In this document: in pieces, positions 25,094 to 39,512 of the stretch
Layout: each line of letters starts with the position of its first letter
Numbering within the stretch: position 1 is the first letter of the stretch
Source of the DNA: Basidiobolus meristosporus CBS 931.73
Taxonomy: Eukaryota; Fungi; Basidiobolomycota
Direction of reading: 5' to 3'
Length of the DNA stretch: 64,000 bases
Assembly (NCBI GenBank): GCA_002104905.1
Contig: MCFE01000087.1
Coordinates: 1-64,000 of the forward strand
Notes under the pieces: generated by a model
Told to the model about the DNA's origin: nothing
What the model saw: only the letters and a program-made list of their open reading frames with translations
Databases searched by the model: none
Program-made: the position numbers and the translations under genes

Positions 25094-26002
25094 CAGCAAC
25101 ATCCAGATTTCAGATCAAGCAATTCATCACTATCCATACTGACTAGCATAAAATGAGCAAAATACAAAATTAGTGAATTCAACCAAATACGACTTGGGCT
25201 TCCCAATTCGGATAATCTCATGTGATAGTGTTAAGCCAGGATGGGAGGAAAAGACGTAAACATCGGAGATACATGGTACCTGAGAAAATACTGGAACAAA
25301 ATCGACACAACTATTTATAGATATTACATAGTTGTAGAATTAGTAGCTATACACACTACAAACCACACCTCACATACTAGAAATCCGCTTGATGGTCATT
25401 GGTTTCCTTGGAGATTATTCATTTATTGCAATTGCTTTTCTCAATGCCCTGTAGATCCCGGCTTATTCTTCATTAGTCGCAACCATCAATAGCAGCGACG
25501 ATATTTGAAATCCCTTCGCCATTCACTTTGTGACAGCCATACAGATTCCAAATCAGAGAGCCAAGCCAATATCCATACTAAGAATGATCCATTCCGCTTT
25601 TGGCTGAAACTATCCAATTTTTGAGAGTTAAACATGGGAGATCCATCGCACAGCCATCAAATCGATGGAAGCAGGGACGGCCATTGGTGGATGAGCCCAC
25701 AATTGTCAAGCCTCGCATGACAAAAAGAAGATTCCAATGCCAGGCTGAGCCGAGATTTGAATTCCGAAAGGGATTTTTTATCTGAGTAATCGGTTGGGAT
25801 AGCTCATTAACCACTATTTAGGTAGTGATTTTGTAGGAATCCTGGTAATAAGTCTCTTTTTTTTGGATAAGGAAATTGGTTCATTCTCTGCGGCATTGCT
25901 TCTTTGAGTGTCTGATCTACGATATACATTGGATGCCATATTTGACTAGCCGGCGGGTATATAAGTGCCTTGCAGTTGTAATCGAAACACTTTCATGACA
26001 TC

Positions 26003-28114
26003 ATGAAACATCAATCTTTCATTCTACCGCTTATTGCACTATACTGTCTAGGGTCTTTGACGGCCGTTGATGCCCGTCCACAGTTTCTTCGTAGAGATGT
26101 TAACAGTAAGTTCATACCGATGCTTAGATGGGCATGGTGATATTGATTCTAGATAAGCATAAAGATATTGATTCGTTGTTATCCAGGCACAATTCCTTCT
26201 TTACACGATTCCACCAGCGTTAGCCACACTGTTGCTGACAAAATGGTATCCAGTGTAGAGCCTAAAAGCGTTCATTCCGAGGCAACAATCTCCCCACGTA
26301 AAGCCTCAGTTGAACCTGAAAAGTCATCTGAGGAAGTTATCGCCACAAGCGATAAAACCGAAGGACCAAAGGAGACGCCAACTGTATCCGCTGACAAAAT
26401 AGCCCATTCTACCAATAAAGATGTAGATCACACTTCGGCAGATGAAAAGCACATCGAGAATACAGTGGTATCAAGCAAAGACCACGAGTCCCCATCTTCT
26501 ATCGATAAGGCGGTTGTCCCTACCGAAAAGTCTACTGCTAACAAGGTATCGCCAACTTCAGTCGAGTCAGACTCTCCTATCCATAAATCTACCGTAGCTT
26601 CAGAAAAACCGGAGGATACCACCACTCATGCTGAGAAATCAACCATATCAGCAGCATCCACTGAATCGACCAAACATACCGATAAACCGTCCCCATCGAG
26701 TCAAAAGGAATCCACTGTGATCAACCAATCGTCCACTCCTACCAAGAAGACATCAGAAACGTCAACCACACCTACTAGTCAAGCAACTGCGCAATCCGAA
26801 TCTTCGTCAGAGCAACACAGTACTGAAAGTAAGGAAACAGCTGGTAAGTAGTCACCTCGTACGCATCTTTATAGTCAGTTGATCAAATGTAGCACGCTCG
26901 TTTCACCCATCCAGCCAACCTCCCATCTTGTAATCCCACCTCAACTGTTGTGTTTCGCTTACTGATATACTTCCGAACTCACAGATCATATCTCTGTTGT
27001 ATCTCATTCTTCACCCAAAATCCATCCCTCCTCTCAAGCCCCCATCACCTATCCTTCACACACTCACTCCACGTCCACACCCACATCCACACCCACGTCC
27101 ACACCCACGTCCACACCCACGTCCACACCCTCGTCCACACCCTCGTCCACACCCTCGTCCACACCCTCGTCCACACCCACATCCACCACCAACACCCCAT
27201 CCACAAAACCCTCACCATCAATTGAATCTACCCACACTTCGTCCCCCTCTCATATAACATCAACTGATTCTCATTCATCCGTAGATACTTCTACCAAAAC
27301 CTCACAAACTCAGTCCTCCCAAATCTCCAGTTCGGTACTCCCTAAATCTACCAATTCCACCCCCAGTCTCCGATCATCTACCTCCAACCCTACCAGTAGC
27401 GGTTCGGTGAAACCAACTGCTGGTAAATCCTCATTGCTATTGTTGAATACTTTCAGCCTCACTGGTGCCTGACAACTGACATTTCCCATTTATAGATACA
27501 ACATCCTCCACCGAATCGACTTCTCCCAGTAGTGCTTTATCCGTTTCCACCACCGGTAAGATCTCATCTCTCGCAGTAGTGTTAGAACCCTACCAACACG
27601 TACTCCTCTAGGGAGTTCATCTCTCGCAACCCCAGATCACACTAGTGTTGTTTCAATTGAATCCACCGCTAGTAAGCTCGTTTCTATACTTCATCACATC
27701 GTTGATGTATCACTAAGCCCCATCCCACTCAGAAACGACTTCGTCCACCTCAGTTATCACCAGTAGCAGTTCGGTCGAACCTACTGATGGTAAACTTCAC
27801 ATGACATTATGCCCTCCTAAGCTGAGCAAGAGACTAACCCCAGTTTCACGATAGATACCGATTCTTCCACGTCCCACAGTATTTACTCCTCCACCTTCTC
27901 GTCCGCCGTGCCAGTGACCACCCAGCCGGATGGTCAGGTAGTGAAGAACAAGATTGTGATTGCCACCAGAACCATCGATGGAAGACCCACGGTGGTACTC
28001 GCCACCACCAGAGTTACCGGTCGTCCGGAAATCAACGGAATGCCCCGCGTTCAGTGTAACCCCGGGCTCCTTGGGGTGCTGACACTGGGTCTGTCATTGT
28101 TGGTATTCGGTTGA
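26003..28114 (+). CDS. Second secreted Ser/Thr-rich mucin-like protein, multi-exon, probable GPI anchor
   Basis: MKHQSFILPLIALYCLGSLTAVDA signal, many short GT-AG introns, S/T-rich exons. C-terminal module homologous to the upstream mucin, plus a hydrophobic tail. Confidence 0.8.
27074..27181 (+). repeat. 12-bp coding tandem repeat x9 (STPT/STPS)
   Basis: TCCACACCCACG/TCCACACCCTCG units. Confidence 0.95.
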
Positions 28115-28393
28115 TGGAACCACCAACACCTATTCTATCCAACGTCTCGGTGGTGCTTGACGCAAGTCGCCAGCCTGCTACCCACCAAGTAGTCCATTTC
28201 CCTAGATCAACAAGCCAATCATTATATATAAAAAACTTATGAAACTGCTCTACATCATGGGCGTAACATGGAGGTGTGCAACATTAGGTGAATAGAGTTC
28301 ACAGGTGTTTACTACATAAACATGAATAGACTTCTATTTCTATGATAAGGTGGCTGTACAGTGATGAATGAGGTGCAGGGCGGGAGTGGGAAG

Positions 28394-30152
28394 TCAAGGG
28401 CTGCCGTAGAGTATTCCATAAATCGTCTCCATATCTAAGGCGAGCGGGTTCTGGATTCGCTTGGCAAATACATAGTGCTTGTCGACCAGCGTGATCAGCT
28501 CCGGACTTAGGCCATCGCAGTCGTTGCGGGAGGTGATGTTCAGTTGTCGTAGTTTACATGATTTCATGACCTTTTGAAGCAGCGCGTCCTTCAGCTCCGA
28601 GTTGTTTTCGAAATCCAGCTCCTGCAGATTGGTCCCATACCGCGCCAAGCTATCGAGAAGGCCGTTCGTCGTTCTCCAGCCTCGGACGCACAGAGATCTC
28701 AGTAGATTCCCGTGCTCAGCCATGTATGCGATGAGTGGTGTGGTGTCCAGCGGCTGGAGCCAATGCTCAGTTCGAAAAAGGACCAGCTCCTCCAATTGGG
28801 TGCACTCTTCACAGATGACACGTAACGATTGCTCGGTGAATGACGTATCATACAGCTTTATCTTCTTCAATGTGCGGCCCCGTTGTTGAGCAACGGCCAC
28901 GATGGATGTGTCGGTGAACTTGCACGAGCGTATGACCAACTCCTCCAAACGAACACAGTGCCTAGCGATGACATGGCCTAATCGGGGAGGTAGTAGGCTA
29001 TGAGATATGGAAAGCGAGGTCAGCTGCTTGCCACAGCAACTGAAGAAATCATCCCAAATATCAACGCTGCTTGCATCCACCACCGAGATGGAGCAAAGAT
29101 CCAGCGTCTTCAGGTTTGAGTGGGGCGTTCGCGACCACGAGGAGATGATGGTGTCATTTAGATCCACTCGCCACAGACGAAAACTTTCCACCGAGTTGAG
29201 TGATCGCCATAAGGTATCCATCCATTCCTCAGGCACATCGTACAAAATCTCATTGTAGATCAATGAAAAGTGTTTCAGCTGCGAGACAATGCTCTGGTTG
29301 TTCTCGTTGTGGAGCTCCCATAACACGTCATCCTCCGCATACTCACACTCGATATGAAGGTGCTCTAAGCGCTTACAGTAATTCGTCACGACGTGGACAA
29401 AGTGGATGGGGGTGGATCTGGTGAATACTTCCAATCTCTTCAAATTCGGCATTATGCATAACATGGACTTCAACAGTGTCTCGGGTAACTCGAGACCCGC
29501 CAACTCCAACCACTTCAGAGAGGGTATCGGTTGAATATCCTCCGGAAACTCCCAATCGCCTATATTCTTCAGGATTAGTCCCAGCTTCTCAAGATTGTGA
29601 CAGTTGCGAAAGATGGTTTCGAGGTAGCGCAGATCCTCCGCGTCGGAAGAATATATCTCGATATAGCTCAAGATCTTTACGTTGCTACACAGGCTTGAGG
29701 AGGACAAAGCGCTCTTCGATATAGGTATGGCTTGAGGGAACCGAATCGAATGAAGGTTTGGAAGGTGCTGCAGCAAAGTGGACGCATATTTTAGGACGAA
29801 ATACCGGTAGTCTTGCAGGTCCAACACCTGAACTAAGCCTGCCACTAAACTCAACCAATCAGAAAAGATGAACTACGCATACTCTGCTAGGCTCTTCGGA
29901 CTTACGGAATTGGCTTTGGGAAATGGTCTGTTTGAAGAGTCGAAAGCTGTCTTGCGTTTGGAAGACCGGTTCTCTCCAGATAATGCGAATTGCTTCCGAA
30001 TACCAACCGCTACTCACGAGGCAATATTTCAACAGCTCGGAGGTATCCTTACTAGAAAAGGAGAAGATCAACTGCAGGATATCTGGAATCCATGGAGATT
30101 TGTTTATGGTTGCATCGTACGAAAGTAAGGGACGTTGTGGTATTTTATCCAT
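28394..30152 (-). CDS. F-box / RNI-like leucine-rich repeat protein (2 exons)
   Basis: F-box-like WIPDILQLIFSF...CLVSSGWY..AIRIIW, followed by many LxxLxL repeats (ORF 28394-29854). Confidence 0.85.
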
Positions 30153-30503
30153 GAACTTCGACACAAAAATGAAACGAATAAGGGCACAAAGATTATTTTC
30201 TATTAAATAAAGTATATATTAAGTCGGAATATTACAACTATTGACCGAAAGGGAGTAAAAGCTAAACAGGACAAGAAAGAACGTTCGAGGCCAAGAGAAT
30301 GAGATTCAATGCCAGGATAGTACCGTATATAAATATCCCATGGAATATCTGTGACTCCACAAAACAATGGGAATTTATATTCAATTGACTCCCAATAGAT
30401 CAGTGGGGGTGGCCGGAGAGTATGGGGTGCCACGGACAGGGTATGCATGGATAGGGTATGATGGAATACTTTATTACTGATGTTGATCTATCACCCATTT
30501 AAC

Positions 30504-32257
30504 CTAGGTCTCCTTCGAATAAGCACCTGCAGCTGATGCGTTCTTCGACGCATCCTCATCCAAATGATCAAGTTTCACTCGGCGACGGGAGTCCTTCCTG
30601 AGGTATGGCTTGGTTAGTATGTTGCCGCCCATGGTTCTTCAACCATCATCACTTACTTTCGCGGTAACCCTTCCTCTGACAGCTGATTGCTCGTAGATCG
30701 CTCCTTGCTGGAGATAAATTTGGGCGCGCTGACTCCTTTCAATAAGGGATTTTGTGCGTAATAACCGGAGCCTTTGGAGGATTGCGACTTTCTGGCCTCC
30801 TCCAGCTTGAGTTTCTCCAGTTCTTGAAGGGTTTCCTTCACTCCATCGTCAGGTGCCTCAATGACCGGCCCAGTGACAACCTTCCGACCAAGCAGGTCGA
30901 TGGTGATCGAGTGGGTTCCACGCTTTCTCCGGTCTTCCTCGAATGCTTTGCGCTTTTCTTGCTCTTGGTACAATTTCAGTGCAAGCGCCTTTTCTTGAGG
31001 GGACAACCATTTATCGCTCGGGTCCACTGGCATATTGAAGTCGGCTGCTTGATCGATGACATGACTTCTTCTGGCGCTGGTTCGGTCGTATTCCAGCAGT
31101 TGGTCCTTATGAGCCTGGGCCTTTGCCAGCGCTTCGGCATCCTCCGCATCACTTCGGCTGTGGGTACTGAGCCCAGTTACCTTATCAAGGTAAAGCATGT
31201 TGGATTTCTGCCCAGCTGGTACTTTGCGTCGAAAGTTGCTTTTCGACTTCGCTTTCTTGGCTTTTTTCAGCTCCAACAGAAGTTCAATCTGCTGTTCTTG
31301 TGAGAAAACGGGGGTATTGCAAAACATGCACGGACCAGGGCCCTCTCTAGCGCAAATGATCTTCCCACAGTTCAGGCAGTTGGTTAGTAACGGATGTTTG
31401 GTGGCTAAATGGTCAGCGAGGGATTCGTTAGTTTAACGAGACGCGAGGTTATTCCAAAGCTACTTGGACCCTACCAAGGCAATCACATGGCGCTCTGGTG
31501 GCTGCAGTTTCTTTCATCAATTTGTTGTATTGCTCTTCCCACTCAGCAGTGGTCAACCCTTTCTTTTTTTTCGAGTTCTTCGAATCCTCTTCCTTGAGCG
31601 ATGCAGAAGCCTCGGGGAGAACCTGCCCACTGGAGGCTTTAGAGGGGCCCAGCTTATCGGAAATGAGGAGGGATTGCTCCTTAGCTTTCTTTTTGGACTT
31701 CTTGGTGGTTCTAAAAGGCACAGTTTCAGTATCCCCGCCTACAAAAACCGCTCCGTTGAAAACTCAGCTACCTCCCGGGCATGTAAACCTCGTCTTTGTC
31801 GGATTTCCGATACACGTTGTTCTCATCTTTCCAAAGTTTTGTTTTTGTTGGTTCGTTTGCCTAGTGGGTTTTAGTAAGGAACTTCCTCGCCGCGAGGGCT
31901 AGACGTAGTGGGTGCCTACCTTAAAGGGCTGTGTGTCTTGGTTGGTGGAATTGATGCCACCTTTGCTTGGGAATCGGTTTTCGATGAACTCCTGAATAAA
32001 TGCGGTGGCTTCCTGTGAGACGCCCAGCATTTCCTAACGGGTTCAAAAACAGCCGGTTCCAAGTTTAGTGAATCGCCGATCTGTGGGTGGGCGGATTGGG
32101 CCACCGAAAGGTGCCTTACCTGTAAATGGCCAGCCAACTCGTCGGAAGTTTGAAACGTTAGCAGATATTGTACCATGGGTACGGCGTCCTCCGGGCCGAA
32201 CCCAAGGAAATCCGCGATTCTAGTGCTAGCCCAGTCTTGGAGAGTATTTTGGTTCAT
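30504..32257 (-). CDS. C2HC5 zinc-finger protein, TRIP4/ASC-1 (Rqt4-like)
   Basis: N-terminal PWI-like helices; spliced CDCL...HPLLTNCLNCGKIICAREGPGPCMFC; downstream RSHVIDQAADF and KHSITIDL-type segments. Confidence 0.85.
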
Positions 32258-32506
32258 TGTGGGTGTATCTAATAGTGAAGCAGCAGTAACCTTGTCTGGC
32301 TGGATTGAAATCAACCACCCAAAAAATTCCGTAGTTGATCTGATGCAATTCGCTCGAATGTGCAGGAATTGATGGACCGCCGCTGCTTGTCCGATAAACA
32401 TCGAATTGATTTGATGGTTTATTTCATGTTACGACAATTATGTGGGCTTAGTAGGTTGGTCATTTGGGATGCTATCCTGTCTAGTATATGGTTTCCGTGG
32501 TTCCGT

Positions 32507-35322
32507 TTACTCTGAGGGATTCTTGGATTTCAGCCTCTTGAACAGCCATTCAACCATGATTGGAATACTTCCACAGGTACGTAGAACCTTGGTCATCTTT
32601 TCTTCATTGTATACATCCGTGTCTGCTTCCATAGCATTCATCGCTGAGTATCTCTTGACTAATGGCTGCGCCGAGTGCTTCTCAATGTTGATCTCTAACG
32701 TAACAATGCTGTGTGTGAACGGCTCTGCGAAGGAGGCGATGATACTGTATGGAGGATTGGGTGTGGAGATTTCTATTTGCATCAATGGATGGTCTATATC
32801 ATCTGTTATGGAGAGGCGGGTTAAGATAGCTCGGTTGATCGAACGAGAATCGAGTGGTTCACTTACTCTGAATCAAGGCTTCCAGAGTGATCTCTTCGTT
32901 TTCTTGTTCGATGGAATATGAAGAGGCGTTGAAGCAGGATTGGAGTAGGCTGTTGAATACGATGTGGTGTCTCAGAATCTAAAACAAATCGGATAGTTGA
33001 GTTGACGGCGCTCGTGCTGTGTGAAATTCAATCTCACCTGTAGAAAGCCGAATATCTGACTAGGGTTGGTGAAGGGAATTCTACTTATTACCAGCCCCTC
33101 ACTCAACTGGCTAACATAGGAGTATCTTTGACGTAGTTTGCTGTCTTCCATTTGCTTGTAAAGGGATTAGCACCGAATCTGGAACTAGTCGAAAGCCAAA
33201 CTTACCACTCTCCATTTGAACGAAGCATCCAGTGCCTTTTTGATAGTATCACGGGACGCGTTCTCTGGGTTACAGGCCAAGATTGCTTCCTTAATCTAAT
33301 GTGATTGAGTTAGTAATTTTTGGTGGGATGGGATAGAGCCATGCTGCTAACCAAGAGCTCTTGCAAAGATACGGGACTGCCACTTGTGTTGGAATCTAAG
33401 CCCAAGGCAGGAATAACAGGTTGGGGGATTCCAACTACATTGGCAATTTCCCTCAAGAATGCCGGTACAACTGGTACGGGTGGCTCAAGCCAAGCAACAA
33501 AGCGTGCTGGAGCAGGCAGGGTCAGTGGCCCTATGGGTTTTAAAAACTGAGCAGGCATAGGCAACAAGCTTCCAACTGATTCGGTCAAAACGCCATATTC
33601 CCTAATAGAATACATAACATCTTAGTGGACCGATCATATAGACATCAAGTGGGTTGAACAATACCCCGACTCTTCTTCTAGAACTTTGGTTGCGGATTCC
33701 TGATCTGAAAGCAAGTATTGTGCTTTGGTGTTCGGCAAAAATAGCCCCGAAGTGTCAGAGTCCTCCATGCTAAAGCAAGCACGGTGAAACTTCGCAAGCG
33801 TTTGCCGGTTATCTACTACATGGTAAGGCAGTAAGACTCCAATGCTCGATTCACTAGAATGCCGGCTCGTTTATAATACCTTGATCAACCCAACTTTCAA
33901 AATTCGAGAGGTCGACATCTATCAAGGTCTCTTTAGATCCCCAGTATATTAAAGATGGCCCGGGCCAGCCGATATTGGATAGCGGTATGCCATGGCCAAC
34001 CAAGAGTACAGCCTCAATATCATTTGAGCTGCTAGACCTAGAGATAGAGTCACGTCAGATCGGAAGAATCGTGTATGGCTGGTGGGAGAAAAGTACATTT
34101 CTTGAGCAAATATGCTTTTCATGTCTTTGTATATAGAGCTGATGCAGTGCGGGAAGTCCACCTGTGGGCAGTTGTTTGCAAATCGGTCGAGAACGGCCAA
34201 CGCAGACAGGTTTTTCTTGAATCCTTGGATGTTCTTCGTCCTTTGGGGGAAAGAGGTGAGTATGCGTAGAATGGTGCAAATAGAGTAACTAGATGGGTAC
34301 TTGAGGTTATTAGCAAGCAATTGGTCCACCTGAAGAAATATTATTCAGTCTACAGAATAATCTAGGCTTGTGATCACAAACCCGAACCTTTTCATCTTGG
34401 TTGGTCTCCACTGCGTACGAAACCTTGACTTTCAGAATATCTCCGGTGCTGGTAATATCAATCTAAAGCGAGGTTAGTTGGTCAAGCTATATCTCATCAA
34501 GTCGTTTTCTTCTACATACATCAACTACGATAATAGATCCACTCAACGTAGCGGTCGTGATTGTTAGACCGTTTCGGTTGGAAGTCTCCAGGTAGCATTC
34601 CAACCTATTCAACAAAATTTAGCCGAGTATCATAGAATACCGTTACAACAACAACGGTACCCTAAAGAATGGGCTATCTCTCGCAGCTTCTCCACCATAT
34701 ACATCGATTTCACCACTCTGTTGGTGCACGACTGTTTAAGCATACTGGCGCATTCCTTTAGTAAATCCGAGGCACCGCTCAATTGCGCCTTGACAATGGT
34801 TTCCTCCTACAAGCCCAGAGGGGCGCATTAGTTTCGACCGAATATGAGAGATATTTCTTTTCCGAATACTTGCTTTACTTGTTGTAACTAATTTTCGTAA
34901 AGCAGGCTCACCTGCGGCCCCCATACCCTCTATTTCCCCCAACGTAGTGCTCTTGTACTGGCTTAATATGTTCTTTACCGAAGCTAGCAGTTGGGAGAAC
35001 TCGGTTTGTATTTTGCTGATATTGACCGGGCCGTACGGATGCAAACCTACGAGATCAACAGCGAAGATTCTCAATCAGCCAGGATCTTGAAAAGAATCCG
35101 ACGCCAAGCTTGACCAATCTGGCCACCCTTAGTGCGAAATATTTTGAGCATACCGTCGGTGACACACTTGGATTGCGCATACAATAAATCGGCGGGCGTT
35201 TCGGGGCATTCAATGTTTGAGGTGTATTGATTCAGGGTGCATTCTTGCAACATGCCTCGTAAGAGCTTTTTCACCTCTCGCAGTTGCTCACCAACTGTGA
35301 CTGACGGTTGGGAATGGATCAT
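32507..35322 (-). CDS. MED1: Mediator subunit Med1 (multi-exon; start uncertain)
   Basis: IDITSTGDILKVKVSYA, VDQLLANNL, FKKNLSALAVLD, VDFPHCI, GPSLIYW and C-terminal SIPIMVEW segments fit the fungal Med1 pattern as I recall it. Confidence 0.7.
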
Positions 35323-35962
35323 TCTTGCGGCAGATTGCTCAATCTTGGCTTCTCTATGTTAGTGGGAGACTGGAGGTTTTCGCGACAATTCCCAACACCG
35401 CCAAACATCGTCCAATCGCATTTAATCTCACCAAAGAAAACGATGGAAATCCTATCCCATCCATCCCACCCATCCGCACGTACAAAAGTGGATTCATCGA
35501 TCGACTAGGATCCATTTCACATTTTTCACTCCGCATGCTCTCACCTCCAGCCATGGTTCGATCAGGCTAGCATTGCATTAACCTTTTTTATTACCCAAAT
35601 GGACTCGTATTCGATGACGTTGACGTTGCCGTGGCATGACTTTACGCTTGCGTCTCATGCCGCTGAATCCTGTTTATGGACGTTTCAATGACAAGTGATG
35701 AATAGGTTACAGCAGAGGACTGATGTCATCATTCGAGAGGATTCGTTTCAAAGGGAATTTCGTTTCTGATCAGGATGACTATGAACAAACTAAGCTTATT
35801 CTATTGGTAGAGATGGATTTGTGACTGTTTTGAATGGCAATTGCTGACTGTTAACATTTCTAGGCTACTCATCAGTATCTCTATCGCAGTGCCCATGAAT
35901 TTTGCTACATAAAAGGCGGCCAAGGAGGTTGATCAATAATCATTCATTCCTTCTCTTCACAA

Positions 35963-36713
35963 ATGGCTCAGGTCAACACCAACGCTTTACGCTTTATTCT
36001 TATGGGACTTAATGTCCTCGGGGCGGTATGTATCTCTCATCGTCCTTGATCTTTGGGAACTGTCTGCTTACGCGTTTCTGTAGATCTCCGGGATCATCTT
36101 TATAGGGATGGGCCTGTACACCTGGACTGAGACAGCCTTTGCCTCAAAGGCCATCGTTATCACCATGATAGCCACAGGTGCATTTGTGTTCGTTCTCTCG
36201 TTCGTCGGAGGCAGCGGCGCATTCTTCGAAAGCCGCAAGACTTTGCTCCTCTACTTTGTACCTCTAGCTGCTCTTGTTACCACCCAAATTGTCTTGGCCA
36301 TCATTGCTTACTCTAACAGACACAATGTCGACAACTACTTGGACAAAGCATGGCAAAAGGCTTATGACAGCCATCCCAGGGCAATCCGTGATATTGAAGA
36401 GGAATACAGCTGTTGTGGTTTCCGGGATGTTATGGACCGTGCCTATCCCAAGAGCAAGAAGGACTCCTGCGTGACCAGCCCCTTCTACGGCTACCATCAA
36501 GCCTGTTATGATGCACTCTCGGCCGCCGTGGTAGATAACCAAGGCTCTCTTGCTAGCACTGGAATCATTCTAGCCGTCATCCAATTGCTTGGATTAATCA
36601 CCGCCTTCCTGCTCATTACCTACCTACCCAATGAGGAAGAGAGAGATGAGGAATTACTTGCTGAACACAGACGCTTGGTAAATAACGGTAGAAACAATTA
36701 TGGTTCTAGCTAA
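35963..36713 (+). CDS. Tetraspanin
   Basis: Four TM helices, CCG motif (SCCGF) and further Cys in the large loop; intron at about 36026-36083. Confidence 0.9.
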
Positions 36714-37015
36714 ATTGATTGCGATTTTCGCTGAGTTCGTTGATGTAGCTCACTTCTAAAGCAAATTGGGCATTGCTCCAACTTGTTAATACTGTTGTTG
36801 TAGGATATATAAATAAACCAACCAGAAGAATTTATTCGATCGTCCATTTCGAATGATTCGTGACATGTACATCATGCTGACCCTGAAATAACTTGGCGTG
36901 TGAAGTTGTATTTATTCAGGTCATCAATGAATGACATCAATCATATATTCGAAGTGAGATTTACATGCATGAAATAATCGATGTGGAAAATTCATGGTTA
37001 CAGCTCGGTGGTTGT

Positions 37016-38207
37016 TCAAGTGGTCTTCATTGGCGCTTCGGGGAGACCTAGCAATAAGACAAGCTTAGGAAAAGACCGAAGCCTTACCACCTAGAAAATA
37101 AACTTACCGTATTCATCCAACTTCACTTCTTGCTTTTTAGTTGGGTCGGTCAGTTCGTTAGTCTCTGGGAATTCAGGTTCAGGTGCGTTTTCTTGAAGAT
37201 AGGATGGGGTTTCTTCTTCGTCCTCCATCAAGAGCTCGTCCCCTAACGCTTCCAATTCTTGCGAACAAAAGTGAGCTTCTATGTCAGGGTCAGTCCATCA
37301 CAAAACCTACCTGCGTCAAGATCCGCCTCATCAAGGTCATCTGGAAGTCCGTATGTACGTCCCAAAGTTTCCTGGACATCGTTGGCTTGCTCCAACAAGT
37401 CAGCCATCTCATCTTGAAGGTCCTGAAAATCACTGTGGTTAACTCCATGGGAACGTATATGTTGGCTTTCATTCGGACTCACCTCGATCTTATCAATGTT
37501 CACTTTCTTGTATTGATTCTTCAACTCTTTGTTGGCAAGTTGCATCGCCTCGACAGTTACTATAGTGTCTCGCAGATTATCCGTCGCAAAGCTAGCCTGC
37601 TCCATATTAAATACATGTTGCTGCATCTGGTCCCGTTGGCCTTCGTACCTAAGCAAAACCAAAGGTTACCGAGTGTCTCGAACGACTCAACGTCCCTTAT
37701 CTCATTTCTTCCGTTCCCACAGCCCCACTCCAAATAAACGTGAAAATAGAAGAGAGAATTACATTTTCTTTTGCTTCAGGACTCTCATCGCTCTGGCTTT
37801 TACAGCGTTCTATTCAAACAAAAGATAAGTCATTTGATATAGATCGCACTGCCACAAAGAGTTGTTTGTACCTTGGCCGGTCCATCCCGCATGGCCTTCA
37901 TCTGATCTCTGTATTTTGCTAGCTCGACATCTAGCGCCTTGATTTTACCATCCATAGAGCCAACCCTAAGATCCGCCTGTACATTCGACGGCAACGTGTC
38001 AATAAAGCGAAATCGAACGCTAAAGATTACGGGGGAAGGAGGAAAGTGCAAACAGAGCCACCAATTCCGCTATTGAGCTGGCACCTTCCACTCCACATGC
38101 CTCCATTCCCACCCCCCACCAAAACCGGGGAAAATACTAACCGTGGTTATGGCCCCAGTTAAGGTTGGCTTTTCCTTTTTTTTGTTTGAACCGAACAAAC
38201 GATGCAT
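37016..38207 (-). CDS. VPS60: ESCRT-III Snf7-family protein Vps60/CHMP5 (multi-exon; 3' end approximate)
   Basis: MHRLFGS..., [61 protein letters not shown]. Confidence 0.9.
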
Positions 38208-38444
38208 CGTTTCCGTGCTTCTATGGTGCTGTCAGAGGGAATGCAAGTGATAGTAGTGAGGATATCTTATTGCAACTCCCAAATAGTTCGATCCTAGAGA
38301 ATTATCGATCTTTCTACACCTATTGTGATCCAGTATTCCTATATATCGTATCATTTGATCAACATTGCTTGATTATTCAACTAGATAAACAGTGTCAACT
38401 TAACTTACATAGGTAAAAATCCCCAGATAGAACAAAATATAGAG

Positions 38445-38515
38445 GCGCCGTTAGTACAGTGGTAGAATTGAAGCTTCCCAAGCTTTAGCCCCGGGTTCGA
38501 TTCCCGGACGGCGCA
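38445..38515 (+). tRNA. tRNA-Gly(CCC) copy 7
   Basis: Identical 71-nt sequence; T6 terminator. Confidence 0.95.
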
Positions 38516-39005
38516 AAACTTTTCTTTTTTATACCAATACTGTGGTAATTTTCCAAGGATGTAATGATTTGTATACCCATAGCTTCATTTTTAGAATGCG
38601 CATTCACTACATGTTTCATGAGGCCCACTAGAGGACATCTTAGGTAAGCTTGGCAACCAATTTTGATACGTAATATGTTTCATATACGTTGATAGATGTA
38701 CTGACAAACCAATTCTGACAATATGATTATTCCATCTAGAGCCGGACCAAAAATCTGGGTTGGTTCGGAATGTAAGTGCAGAGTGAATTCTACCTACTAA
38801 GAGCAGTATCCATACTACTTGAGTAAAGAACCATTATCAGGAGAGACCGATTGCACAAATCCACATCCAAACCTTACCACGGCTAGCAAAAATCTTGGCT
38901 TGCCATATTTCATGACCATGGATTCTGTCCATACCTCTGGGTCCATCGACATATTTGGGTGAAGCCCACAAAAATCCCGCCTCCCAAATCATGGGTGATC
39001 CCACA

Positions 39006-39500
39006 TGTGATGGGATTTCGCATGGAGTATATGTTGGCCCCATCCATCCCAACCATTCCTTACAACGCATTTTATTCACAATTTATCTAAAAGCACCTAT
39101 GTGAGGATGGTTCCGTGTAGGAAGTCGTCGATTAAGCACTAGGCCGTATATAAATTGAAGATTCAAGGATCGAGTTGGGTGCGGTACTCTCACAAACTAG
39201 GCCTTCGTGTCTGTTGATGGGGAGGAGCGCAATAACTTGACCTACAACAAATACAACACGACTACAATCAGAGTAAACAGCCAACCAAATGGGATAAAAG
39301 AAAGGGATAACGGCAGGAAATCGAAAGAGTGCACGTGAACCAAAAGGAAAGAGTGTATGTGGCTTTAACACTCAACATTGTGAGTAAGTGTGAGTTTTAG
39401 GCTATGGTTGCGAAGGTAGGATCCTAAGAGTAACCATAATATTGGGAAAGAGAAAAGGAAGATGTGCATGGGGTGAATGGGAAAAAATGCCCAAGAATCA
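39006..39500 (-). mobile_element. LTR-like element, type G, with about 200 bp of adjacent internal sequence to about 38800
   Basis: Collinear with 12569-13065; ends about 10-12 bp upstream of tRNA copy 8. Confidence 0.65.
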
Positions 39501-39512
39501 AGCAATATGGAG

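Noticed and set aside
26950-27257. Poly-HTHV and poly-HPRP proteins
   Set aside because: Alternative frames of the 12-bp STPT repeat in the mucin gene.
38425-38444. AACA 10 bp upstream of tRNA copy 7 as an LTR end
   Set aside because: No recognisable LTR body or matching TG start upstream; not counted among the targeted copies.
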